64,000 bases of DNA from Macrostomum lignano (taxonomy: Eukaryota). Below, in pieces: positions 13,201 to 24,145 of this stretch. The notes beneath the pieces are model-generated. The model saw nothing but the letters and a program-made list of their open reading frames with translations, ran no database searches and was not told the origin of the DNA. The first letter of the stretch is position 1, and every line of letters starts with the position of its first letter. The DNA is taken from the NCBI GenBank assembly GCA_002269645.1, contig NIVC01002443.1, positions 1-64,000 of the forward strand. The letters are read 5' to 3'. Position numbers and translations under genes: made by a program.

Positions 13201-14136
13201 GCTTTATAAAATCTTTACGTTGGCAAGAGGCATCTTGCCGTTTCATCCCCTAACAGACGAAAAATCTTTGGAGTGATGTAGAAAAAAAAGCTTATTGATT
13301 GAGCTAGAGTCCGGCAACTCACTGCCCACCGATGTATGCGCGTGCTTTGTTTGTAGGTTGGGAACAGATCGACTGGGGGTTCTGTAATTCAATCTTTCTT
13401 CCCTCACGAGCATGCTTTATGAGAACTTTGCCAAGTGTTGTTGACACACACTGCAATCACACTGAGCCCAGAAAGAGAGGCGTGTTGTTTTGGTCGTATA
13501 GCCTAAGGCCTTTTCTAGCATGTTTTTTTTTAGTCAACACATCCATCCATCATCAGATGCATGGCGCAGTTAGCTTAGTCAGTCAGCAAGTCAGTCAGTC
13601 AGAACGCTAACTAGAGGACTTTCAATACGCACAGCACCTCGACCTCAACAGCATTAGCTAAGTACAGGAAGAGTTTCTGCTATTAGTAGATCTTGCAGTT
13701 GTTGGCCAAACCGACATTGAACTACTAGTAGTTTTTGGCATAAGCAACTCATCCATTCAAACTGATCACCGCCCCGCGTACCTGGCTCGCCAACGCGGCC
13801 CGGCTCGCCTCGCATGCCCTTTTCGCCGGGCGGTCCTCGCTCTCCGGGCGGACCCCGAGGACCCTGGATAGGCAGCCGGACAGGGGTGCGGCCGCTGACG
13901 CCGGAGCAGGCAATCTCGAGCTGACACTGCGGAGGCGAGCTGCCACCAGGGACGCCGCCGCCGCCGCCGCCGCCGCTGCGATACCCGATGGGACTGTAGG
14001 GCTGATCGGCTGATGTTTCAAACTCTCCACGACGTTTAGCATAGTGCCGGAGCTCGCCAAAAGCCGGCTGAGCTACCAGACCGATCCAGGCGATGGAGAG
14101 CAGAAGCGCCGCCGCCAGTTTCGAGTAGTCAAGCAT
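4203..14136 (-). CDS. Secreted collagen-like plus C-terminal C1q-domain protein (C1q/CTRP/C1QL-like), ~424 aa, 4 exons
   Basis: Exon 1, 14136-13782: signal peptide, QCQLEIAC, Gly-X-Y repeats GPRGPPGERGPPGEKG; donor CAG|GTACGC. Exon 2, 12315 to ~11875: acidic linker; 3' donor uncertain (11873 or 11875). Exon 3, 10381-10149: VAFYAHL..VKFEIVELNAGSAYDPASGIFTAPVAGVY. Exon 4, 4448-4203: AAVHVM..LVRLQRLDTVWV..YSAFSGHLV, stop. Splice phases are compatible and total 1275 nt. Confidence 0.88.
4810..5090. repeat. Degenerate CT-rich ~14-bp repeat (CAGTCACTCTCACC)n in C1q intron 3
   Basis: Repeated CAGTCACTCTC / TAGTCACTCTC units are directly visible. Confidence 0.85.
6700..8345 (+). mobile_element. Decayed RTE-clade LINE (reverse transcriptase remnant), antisense in C1q intron 3
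   Basis: Motifs across frameshifts: KALGPD; IVTIPKK..HRGICLQSCAAKL; EQNGFRPHR; FIDFKKAFDSV; SSGVLQGDTLAPFLF; then ETWTL. The YADD block is missing (internal deletion after ..RRRVSPRQPE). The 5' boundary is approximate. Confidence 0.9.
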
Positions 14137-15984
14137 TGCTGGTTTATTTCAGACGTTAATCGAAGAGTTGAAAATCAGATTTTGAATTCAGAGGAGAATT
14201 CATTGTCGACAGTTAATATATGCTAATACTTTTGCCTCCTTTTTCACCGTTTGCCCCAAGCACCAACTAGAGCTGGTCTCCTCTACCTCCCAGGGGCCGG
14301 AGCCTGGCCAATGCAGTTTGAACTGCCAAAATCTCTACTCTCTGACTGTCGCAACCAATTAGACTTGACGCTGCCCAACTCCCAGCTCTCTGTTTCCAAT
14401 GGGCCGGCAAAACTCCCCTCGCTTTGCCGGAGGACTGGAACTTCTTAACATTCTAGTCACTGCTCACTCTTTTCATTCTTCATCATTCAGCGCTTTTTTT
14501 CTTCTTCTACGCGGATTCTTATATTGAACTCCAAGTCAGCGCTTATTGTATTATAAAGTAAGAAGTTCTGAGAGGCGAATGAATGAGCGAGAATCATACA
14601 ATTCCATTGCTCAAAGTAAGAGAAGCTGTGGCCACACAGCTGAGTGAGATTGTTGTCGAAGAGGAGAGTCTTGTGAAGTTCAAGTTGAGGCAGCCGCGGC
14701 AGCATCCGCAGGCTGTCGGAAGCCGCACTCAAGCCCCTCCCTCATCCTCTCTGCTTTACTTTTCTTCGCACAAAAATGCGCCACTTCAGCTCCTTAATTC
14801 CCATATACGACCTGCCTTTCATCTTCTCTTTCTTCTCTTCCCTATTCCGCTTGCAAAGCTAGTTGGGCAAGAATTTATCGATGTCTATGTATATTACTGA
14901 TTGATTTTGTACGTAGGCCTGAAGTACCCCATTAACGCTTCTCGAGACACTCGTCTTGCTGTTCTAGTCAAGCTTGTTACGTACTGTTGCCTGTTGACGA
15001 GGCTTGTCCTCATTGAGTAGCCAAAGCAGTGCGGAACGATGTAACATGAAACACGTGCGTATGATTTCACACACACTGTACCCTGAGAACTCAATACTCA
15101 ACGGTTGATTGTTAAAGACAGAATAAATAAAGATTATTTTTTATAATACTACGTCCTTTGCGTGTACTTTTGGCAACAAATGAAATATTTTACATAGTAC
15201 GCTCGTACTTACTAAGTGGCAGTGAAAGAGGTTTAAAAAGCAGTCGATAAAGATGGACATTTGAATGTCATGGCATCTACGCAGATTGAAGAATTAAATA
15301 ATTAAATTATCCGATATAAAATCGACTAGCTAAGAACTCGTCACGCATTCTTAACAGTTCATTTCTAGGCAACTTATACTTTTTCTTTGAGATCTGTCCT
15401 ATTGACGAGTCCGCAAGTTGATAGATCTTCTAAAGTGACTGATAAAGTCCCGATTTTCAAGATTGCTTGTAACTTGAAAACTGTTTCCCAATTCAATCAC
15501 ACTGGAAAGTTGCTTCCGTTGCCGCTGAGTTGCTTCCGAAAGAGTGCCCACCGGAGCAAGGAAAGAAGGAGTGTCATGCGCTTCGCTGTTGTTTGGTTTC
15601 CACAGCTTTAGTTTCCTTCTATTCAAATTGGATTCTTACGACGCGTTTCTTGTCCGCATAAAAAAAGGAGTTGAAGAGAGAGCGGCTTTGGAAGTGAAGA
15701 CAGCTTCAAAATTCTTCGCAACCTATGTCGACATTTTTTGGTGGCGCCGCCAAAAGAAATCTCGGATCTCAGCTTCGCTTACTTCCGGCGCACTCTTTTT
15801 CCTCTTTTGAGTCACCTAGTCTCCCTAGGGTTTCCTGCAACTGTACTAGGAAACTTCACGGTAACTTCTAAGGCTTTGATATGACATTTTTCAGAAGTAG
15901 CTCGTAAGCTGCACAGTGGTTTTAAACGCAAAAAGTATGGTAAGAAAATTTGAAGTGAAGAGCTTTTAGCGGCTGTTGGTAGGG

Positions 15985-16340
15985 ACTCCAGGGACTGAGA
16001 TGTGATGTTGAGAACTCCATGCAGTGACTGAGATGTGATGTCGAGAACTCCATGCAGTGACTGAGATGTAATGTTGAGAACTCCATGCAGTGACTGAGAT
16101 GTGATGTCGAGAACTCCATGCAGTGACTGAGATGTGATGTTGAGAACTCCATGCAGTGACTGAGATGTGATGTCGAGAACTCCATGCAGTGACTGAGATG
16201 TGATGTTTAGAACTCCATGCAGTGGCTGAGATGTGACGTCGAGAACTCCATGCAGTGACTGAGATGTGATGTTTAGAACTCCATGCAGTGACTGAGATGT
16301 GATGTTTAGAACTCCATGCAGTGATTGAGATGTGATGTTC
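15985..16340. repeat. 33-bp minisatellite (GACTGAGATGTGATGTTGAGAACTCCATGCAGT)n
   Basis: About 11 copies; period measured from 16021 to 16054. Confidence 0.95.
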
Positions 16341-18789
16341 AGAAGAAAAAACTTCGCTTGAGTCTAGAGCCTAGAAATTAAATTAGAACCAATACTCGAA
16401 TGCCAATTAGTGAACATTGAATCAAACGTACTTCATTATGAGAATTGAAATAAATAGAAACAAAACCAAAGAAGTTTAAATTTAGAGTAAACTCATAAAT
16501 CTTGTGTTTCCTTGTAGATGAATTTTCAACCTATTTATCAAAGATTGACATTACGAAACGAAAAAGTTGACTTTTAGGGTGGAGTAGCTATAGCATGTAC
16601 TGGGGTAACTGCGAGATACTCTATTCACTAGACTAGGCTAGAAAGGGGAATCGAGACCAGGCCACTGTGGGATCGAATGAATTGCACGACTGGGGATCTC
16701 GAGGCCAGTAATTAATGGAGAGTCCTCTGGGCACTGGACGGACGGGTAGGAGCTCCCGTGGATAACAAAACTTGATTTGCATAATTGCTCCGGCTTTGGT
16801 GCTCGTTCGCCCTCCAGTGCAGTCAGCCGCAACTTCCACCAACCCCTAGTCAATTCTATCCATCAAGGATCACGGCGGCGCGCGGCTGGCCAGTCTCAGA
16901 AATTTTCTCGCCTGCACGCGTCGCGGCCGCTCTTCTGACGACGCCGAAATTTTGTCGCCAAAAAAAAATTTGCCTGGCGGGCATTCGCGATTAGGCGAGG
17001 CGCAGATTCGGAATACGAAAGACAGAAAATGACATATACTCGTATATAGAGAGAGGGAAAGACAACTCTAGGAGATTCATTCCTGAAGTTTTTTGTGCAG
17101 GAAAATTATGCCAACCATCCAGGACGCCGTGTGTTTTCGGCAGTTTCTCAGCCCCCCCCCCCAAAAAAAACTGACAAATCAGTATTTAATATTGCTTGTC
17201 CTTGTCAGTCCAATCGGATGACTTTCGGCCATTTTGGGTGCTAGAATTAGTCGCTTAAATCCAAATGAGATTGTCAATTTCCTACACAAGATAGTGTGGA
17301 AAACAACTGTCTATGGCAGAAACCTCTCATTCTACAAGCCACTAGGAGATGAGGGATTCTTCACCCCTGAATTTGCTTCAGCGTGATGTCTATGGCAGAA
17401 ATGTAGTATTGAGTAGTATTGTAACACGATATATATTTCTCTTGCATTAAATGACTCCAGCCAATTACGCGATCACGAGCCATTTAAGCACGCTTTTAGC
17501 GTTTAATGCACGCTTTTACACATTTATATCGTGTTACAATGAAAAATTAGCACCCTTAGTTATGGTTGCAGAATGGACGTTCATAGGCTATTGCAACGAG
17601 CGCAGAGTGTATTTTAGCAATTACGATCTACATGTCAAGGCCTAGCTGTCGTACAGGACAAGTCTATATATGGGACAATCGACAATGCAGTTCCCACACG
17701 CAGACTTGTGAGTCCATGACAAAAGCACAACTTAACGTTTTTTGTGATGACGCGACTAGTGAATATCAATTCGTCGATTCAAAAAAGTTTTTTAGAAACA
17801 TTATCTCGTTGACGATTTTTGTTAGCAAGAAAATAAGCTTGAGCGCAAGTTTGATGGCAATGATCAAGCACTGCATCACAATAGTATATAATATAGTATC
17901 CATCAGACTTTGCATAGAATTCTGGGGAGAAGGCTTCCCACAGGATTGAATTGCAGAAAATCTTTTTGGTCTATACTAATAATTATGCTCATAAACTATA
18001 ACTCAGGCACCCAGCACCTCAACGGTGTTTCATGCTCTCTACTCTCGCTATACGGAATACATCTATAGCTGTTCTGTTTGGCTCCATGCATCGCTGCACA
18101 TTGAGTGCATGTGTGTACACTATCCAACGTTTTTTACTGCGATGAATCCATAATGCACTTCCGATGATCATCAATAAAAACTGCTTCATCCCATAGGAAG
18201 CTGAAACAGGAAGTTGGATTATAAAAAAGAGCATCGATGAAGGCAGGCATGAAGCCTTTCTTCCTGGCCGCATGTCGGCCCAGCTAGTCCTCTAGCTGTT
18301 CCCTTCTTTCTCTCTTCGGTTCCATGCACCCAGTGTAAACAGGCATATGGCCCATGGAAATTCCGGCTCCAGTGTAGAATACAAAAAAAGTTTGTGGTTT
18401 CTTTAAAAGAAAACTTTGCGCGGACGATATGCCGCCGGGTTTATTTAATCCTACAAATCCTCTTTGCGCGATTTGTTCAGAGAGCATTTTTTCGATCGCG
18501 TTTATTGGCAATAGAATCAATGGACACAAAATATGATTTACATGTATGGAAAATATTCTTCATAAAGCTGTGTGCCACTTTGTTACATGTACCAAGGCTA
18601 GGACTACTCTGCACAAAAGTCATGTCAAAGCTATGGACACTGAATGCATTAACGTTATATGCTAAGCAATTAGGAATCATTATAGGACCACTGCAAGTGA
18701 GTCGCCATGTATTTTCTGGTGTGGGGGAGACAAAGCGAATAATTTAACATGTGCATTACTTACAGAATTGGTGTTGTCAGCGCTCATTT

Positions 18790-18935
18790 TGGCGCCGCAA
18801 GCACATGCACATTTTGGCGCCGCAGGCACTCATTTTAGCGCCACAGGCACTCATTTTAGCGCCACAGGCACTCATTTTAGCGCCACAGGCCCTCATTTTA
18901 GCGCCACAGGAAGGCACTCATTTGGCGCTGCAGGT
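18790..18935. repeat. 21-bp repeat (GGCACTCATTTTAGCGCCACA)n, probably internal to a non-autonomous DNA element
   Basis: About 6 copies. A hAT-like end (GTGGCGACGCCC) follows near 19085-19097. Confidence 0.85.
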
Positions 18936-19979
18936 GCTACATTTTGTCGCCCTACTGAAGAAAAATTTTTTGATTTCCATAACGGTTGACAAGGTGGGGT
19001 GGGGGGTCAAAGCATTGGTATGTCCCCTATAGCTTTTATATTTTGGGGGGGGGGCGCATGTCCCCCTGTCCTGTCCGCCCCTCGGTGGCGACGCCCAGGA
19101 CCACTGTATTAAAACAGAACGTACATGTACACGTACTCGCATGAAAACTCAGAGATCGTTTAACTTTTTAGGGCCAATTTCCTGGAAAAAATACACTGTG
19201 CAGGAGATATATAGTAAAAACAATTCTTTAACAATTAACAATTTCACACTTAATATAGCGCGCACACCACGCATGTACTATGTTATTTTATATAGCTGCG
19301 TGTAGTGTGAAATAATTCATTTTATTCTTTCATAATATTTTTTGACTACCGTACAGTGGGTCGATATATGAACTCAATTATTGCCCAAATGCCTGTGTGT
19401 ATGAAATGCTGCTTTTTCGAATATTTTTAGGCCGATTTACATTTCCATCGTGAAAATTTAAAGCGTGGGTACGATCTCGTTCTCCTGACAAAATTCGCAT
19501 TCTAACTGTACTGATAATTTAAGTTACAAGTTCATGCCCTAAACTACGACCGAGTCGTGACAACTCATCATGATTTTTTCTGATAAATTTGACAAGCATT
19601 GTGAGTATAATTGTTAATTACATTAGATCGATACGATATTTAATGATAAAACTAGGGCTAACTTATTAGCTGAAATCTTATTCAGTATATTAAAAATTAC
19701 ATGAGCCAACCATTTTTATAGTCCTAAATTAGGATAATTGTTGACCATCTTCGTTAAAACAGTGACATTCGAATATTATTTAGGTCTATTTTCGTCCCCC
19801 TGATACGCAGTGCAAACAACTTTTCCACAAAGAGAAAATTTTTTTATCTAGCTGTGGGTAATTAATGAGGCAACTATTTTTATATTTATTTAACCTTTGT
19901 TTTACTTGACTAACTATTTTTTTACTTGCGATGCAAAATTGATGAATTTATTGATAATCGAGATATCAATTCATTGTAA

Positions 19980-20241
19980 GGGCCTTTTCATATTACTAAT
20001 TCCAGAACCAGAATCGGTTCGGAATTCCAAGAAAAACAGCAGTATAACTATTAAACTCTGTTAATATTTGACTGCCTTAACAACCTAACTTAGCACAATT
20101 TTTCACTTTCTTCTTGGCGATTGTCATTCAATAATAAAAACATAGTATGTATCTCCGTCTAGTTATGGAGACAAAAGAAAAAGTTATACTTCACAAATTG
20201 GTTCTGGTTCTGGAACCAGAGCAAGCAATATGAAAAGGCCC
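19980..20241. mobile_element. PIF/Harbinger (Tourist-like) MITE, 262 bp
   Basis: TIR GGGCCTTTTCATATT(A/G)CT matches at 17/18 positions. TAA TSD at 19977-19979 and 20242-20244. Subterminal inverted blocks TCCAGAACCAGAA / TTCTGGTTCTGGA. Confidence 0.88.
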
Positions 20242-22238
20242 TAAGTCCTTTTTTACTTTATTTTCCATTAATAATACCCACTCAGCAGTACTTGCAAAGC
20301 TCCTTCAGGCTTTAAATTGCACTTAGAAAGAAAAATTATTATCAATTTGATTCAATTAAAATAATTTTCCCATAATAATAATATATAATTTAAATGTAAG
20401 TCCAACATGTCATGTTGGTCAATCACTCAGTGTCACTTATGAGTTTCTCACTTTATCATATTAGGCCCTACTAATTAGGCCTAACTTAGATGAGCAATTT
20501 ACACCATTGAATCGAACTGAATAGAAATAAGGCAAGCTAATGGAATAACTCCCACACCAATTTTTGAAATGCTGTTTGGAATGAAAAACAAGTGAAAATC
20601 AGTAGTCAATTCTGCATTTCATTTAGTCTTAGTTATTAGAATAGTAGAATATAGAAGTTAGAGATCATAGATCAATTGATTCAATCAAAGGTTGATAAAT
20701 TGACAGAATTAGATAATAAATATATAAAGTTTACATTAAATTACTTGGACTAGGACTTAGGACTAGATATAGACCTATTCTATTAAGGGCAATGGCTAGA
20801 GTTCCAGCACCAGAACCCACTTTTTAATGGTTATGGATCTTGCAGTCTTCTGCAGCTGCAGGCAGTTATCTATTAATGATGTCTTTAAACATTAAGAGTA
20901 TCTTAAACATTTTAAACATTACAAATAAAAGTATCATTTTGTTTTAATCTTATCATTGAACAAAATATCAATAAAATTGAATTAGGGCCTACCCATTAAA
21001 AATTAAAATGTTTCTGCTATATTATACCCATAAACTGCACTATTGGAATACCATGGCCAGATCTAAAAAGCTTAATGATAATATACAATGGAAAAAATTA
21101 AACTTAATCTCAATATCATATATCCTATATCTATTACCCCTATCTAATCTATAGGCCTACTAGATAGTCTTCTAGCAGCTAACCATAGATTTTCTATAAA
21201 AAGTCCTAATAGCCTAGTAAATGATTGTATTGCTAGAAATATTATTGTATTAGATAATCCCTTTTGAGTTAATGATTAGATAATAGCAATCTACTAGGAA
21301 TAGGAATACTACTAAACATAGTTGTTTATATAAACTGATAACTATTCTATTCTTGAAAGCACAGCTAAGTAAGTTGGGCATGAAATTAAATGTTGCTCAT
21401 TTGCCAATTAGCAATATTTTTTATGTTAATAGATTATTGTAGTATTGTTGACTTTAATTATAGCTGTTGGTTTTTTGGAGTCGATTTGTTTAACTTTAGG
21501 ATGAGCAACAGAAAAACAAACGATAGGCACGAAAGGCCTTGCACGGTCAATATATTTTGTATTAAAAAATGGAGAGTGAAAATTTGGGGGGGGTGGGGGG
21601 CTAGGTAGGCTAGGAGAGAGATAAGAAGGGTAGGAAAGCGGGGGGAGGCGGCATAGCGCACAAACAGAGGGGGTGGTTTGAAAGTGGCAAATAAATCAAT
21701 ATTAGGCTAAACAACCACCACCGTACACACAGGTACATATGCACTGAATGAATGAGTAAATGAATGAATTCCGCGACAATAGCTAATGTCCTTATTAAAA
21801 CATTTATATAAAACAATAATGCCAAAATTTTAATTCTGTATTTATGTTGATATTTAAATTTTCTAAATAAGTTTAGTTTAAAACTTGTAGTTAAACTTTA
21901 AATGTAAAAATATTTATTTGTGTAATAATAGATAAACTTGAATTTCCTCATATTATATAGTAATTAGACAAGAATTAACTAATATTTTTAGATCTAGTAG
22001 GAAGATGCCTGAGGTGAATGATTATCCTTCAGGGGAAATGTCTATTAGCCTAGAATTATATAGCTAACAAGTGTATAATAATATACTACTTAAAGAAGAC
22101 CTAAATGTATTATGAGGAATATCCTAAAAGTAACTGTTACTTTTCATTATATCTCGTTCTAATGATCCAACTAGTATCATTTTGCACAATTTTATAGCAG
22201 CAACTCTTTTCTTCATATTAACTTTAGCATCTTTAAAA

Positions 22239-22823
22239 TAGTGATAGATCGAAATTATTTTTCAAATTGAAATTAAAATCAAAATTTTCAGTTCCTTAGA
22301 ATCGAAATCAAAATTGGAATCAAAATCAAAATTGAAATTTTTTGAGCTTAACAAATTTTTACTTTTTCACTAATCATGCAAAATGGTCAACACCTTGCCT
22401 CTGCATGTATGAGCTTACATGTTTTATAAAAAGTATCTTTGATATGTTTAAACCAGAATACAATTAAAGCCAATTAAAATCCATGCCGATAAGTTCAGCC
22501 AGTGGGCTTGTGGAGGTTGAGGTGGGTGCAGCACAAGGCCTGGAACAGTGTGTGCCCCGCACAATCTTTTCTTATAGAAAAGGCGATTCTCACCTCCCCA
22601 TTGAGTCTTTGAACCATGCTTCCTTTCACTTCCTATAGATTTTCATTTCTTACTTGTGTAGCATGATTGGCAATGTCTAAATTGTTAAAATATAACCAAA
22701 ATTTCAAAATGATTTTCAATGAATGGTGTCAAAATTTGAAATCGAAATCGAAATTATTTCGATGCAAAATTAGTTTCAAAATTTGGAATATCGAAATCGA
22801 AATCGAATTTCAATCCATCACTA
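22239..22823. mobile_element. Non-autonomous hAT element, 585 bp
   Basis: TIR TAGTGATAGATCGAAATT versus TAGTGATGGATTGAAATT (16/18). Perfect 8-bp TSD CTTTAAAA at 22231-22238 and 22824-22831. Subterminal GAAATC-type repeats at both ends. Confidence 0.9.
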
Positions 22824-23199
22824 CTTTAAAATCAGACACTGGAAACAAAAGTTATGAACAAAAATGCCAAGTTTTTCAATAGATGTCTCTTTGTCATAGC
22901 AGCCTAACAAAGAAGTCTGAGTGCATTCAATCAAAAGTACTTTCACTACTTTCTGCTAGCTTGTTGACTTACTGTAAGTATGTGGTCAAGCTCCTGCCAT
23001 GCCTGTACATTTTGCTTTGTATCTTTTGTTTCCATTATCTAATTTTAAAGATATTAAAGCTAATAAAAAGAAGAGAGTTGCTGCTATAAAATTGTGCAAA
23101 ATGATGTTATTTGGATTATCAGAATGAAAGACTAGCAATCTACGCCCCCCATTGGGGAGCCAAAGAAATGCAATGCACGTTTTTTTTAATAAGCTACAT

Positions 23200-24000
23200 G
23201 TATCCTTGAAATCTTAAAAAATCTCCTGTCAAATCTTGTAAGCCTTGACATGTCAGTAATCCCCCCCCACAAGCTTTAACATATCAACTTCCCCCCTTGA
23301 CATCTCAGCAATGCCCCCAATAAGCCTTGGAAATATAAAAATATCTGTCAACCTTCTAACCCTAACGCTAGCCTAACCCTAACCATATAGCCTAACCCTA
23401 ACCCTAACCCTAACCCTAACCCTAACCCTAACCCAACCCTAACCCAACCCTAAAGCATTGAAATTTCAGTAATTCTCTCTAAGAGTCATTAAAGCACTAC
23501 TACAGCATTATAGCGATTCCCTGCAAGCCTCGACATCGTAGGGATTCCCAAATGAATCTCTTAACTTCGACATGAAGCTTCTTTTATTTTTTGCATTACG
23601 CTTTTTTTATCAGCGATCCCTCCCCTGAGGAGGCATCAAATAATGTAATAAAAAGTTTTCAATAAACTACATGTAGCTTCTGACTTTAGCCTTGAAATCT
23701 CATTTATACCCCCGTGAGCCTTGAGATCTCAGCTATTCCCCCCGTAAGCCTTGACATGTCAGCGATGGCCCCCATTAACCTTGAAATCTAAAAAATCCCC
23801 TGTTAACCTTGAAACCAGATAAAATATAACCCTCAACCCACACCTGACCTAAACCTAACTTTAACCCAACCTAAAGCCTTGAAATCTCAGCAATTCTTCT
23901 CCCCTAAGCCTTGACATTTTAGTGATTCCTTCTTTAAGAATCACAGCACTATAACGATTTCCACCAAGCTTTGACATCGTTGCAATTCCCAAATGAATCT
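23200..24000. repeat. Degenerate duplicated repeat (about two copies built from AAGCCTTGACATCTCAGC-like subunits)
   Basis: Both halves end in ..GACATCGT..ATTCCCAAATGAATCT (near 23530-23560 and 23975-24000). AAGCCTTGA subunits recur throughout. Confidence 0.7.
23356..23453. repeat. Interstitial telomere-like (CCCTAA)n tract
   Basis: Seven perfect CTAACC units at about 23392-23433, flanked by degenerate units. Confidence 0.9.
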
Positions 24001-24145
24001 AGGCCTACTTTTGGGACAGCCCTCGTAGTTTAAGACAAGCATACCTGCTTAGATTAGATATGACAGTGTTTTCAATGAAACTTTAATTAAATTTTGCAAC
24101 AATTGTATGCATGCCTAATAATAACAAGATTCAATCAAAGCAACA

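Noticed and set aside
13225-13260. Hairpin GGCAAGA-GGCA-TCTTGCC followed by CTAA as a Helitron 3' end
   Set aside because: The end is not CTAG followed by T, and no matching 5' TC terminus was identified.
15985-16340. CRISPR-like appearance of 33-48 bp arrays (here and at 25381, 42815, 60986)
   Set aside because: Units are head-to-tail with no unique spacers, there are no cas genes, and the context is eukaryotic.
17418-17540. 16-bp inverted repeat ATTGTAACACGATATA enclosing about 90 bp
   Set aside because: No TSD; probably an internal part of an unresolved DNA element and too little to classify.
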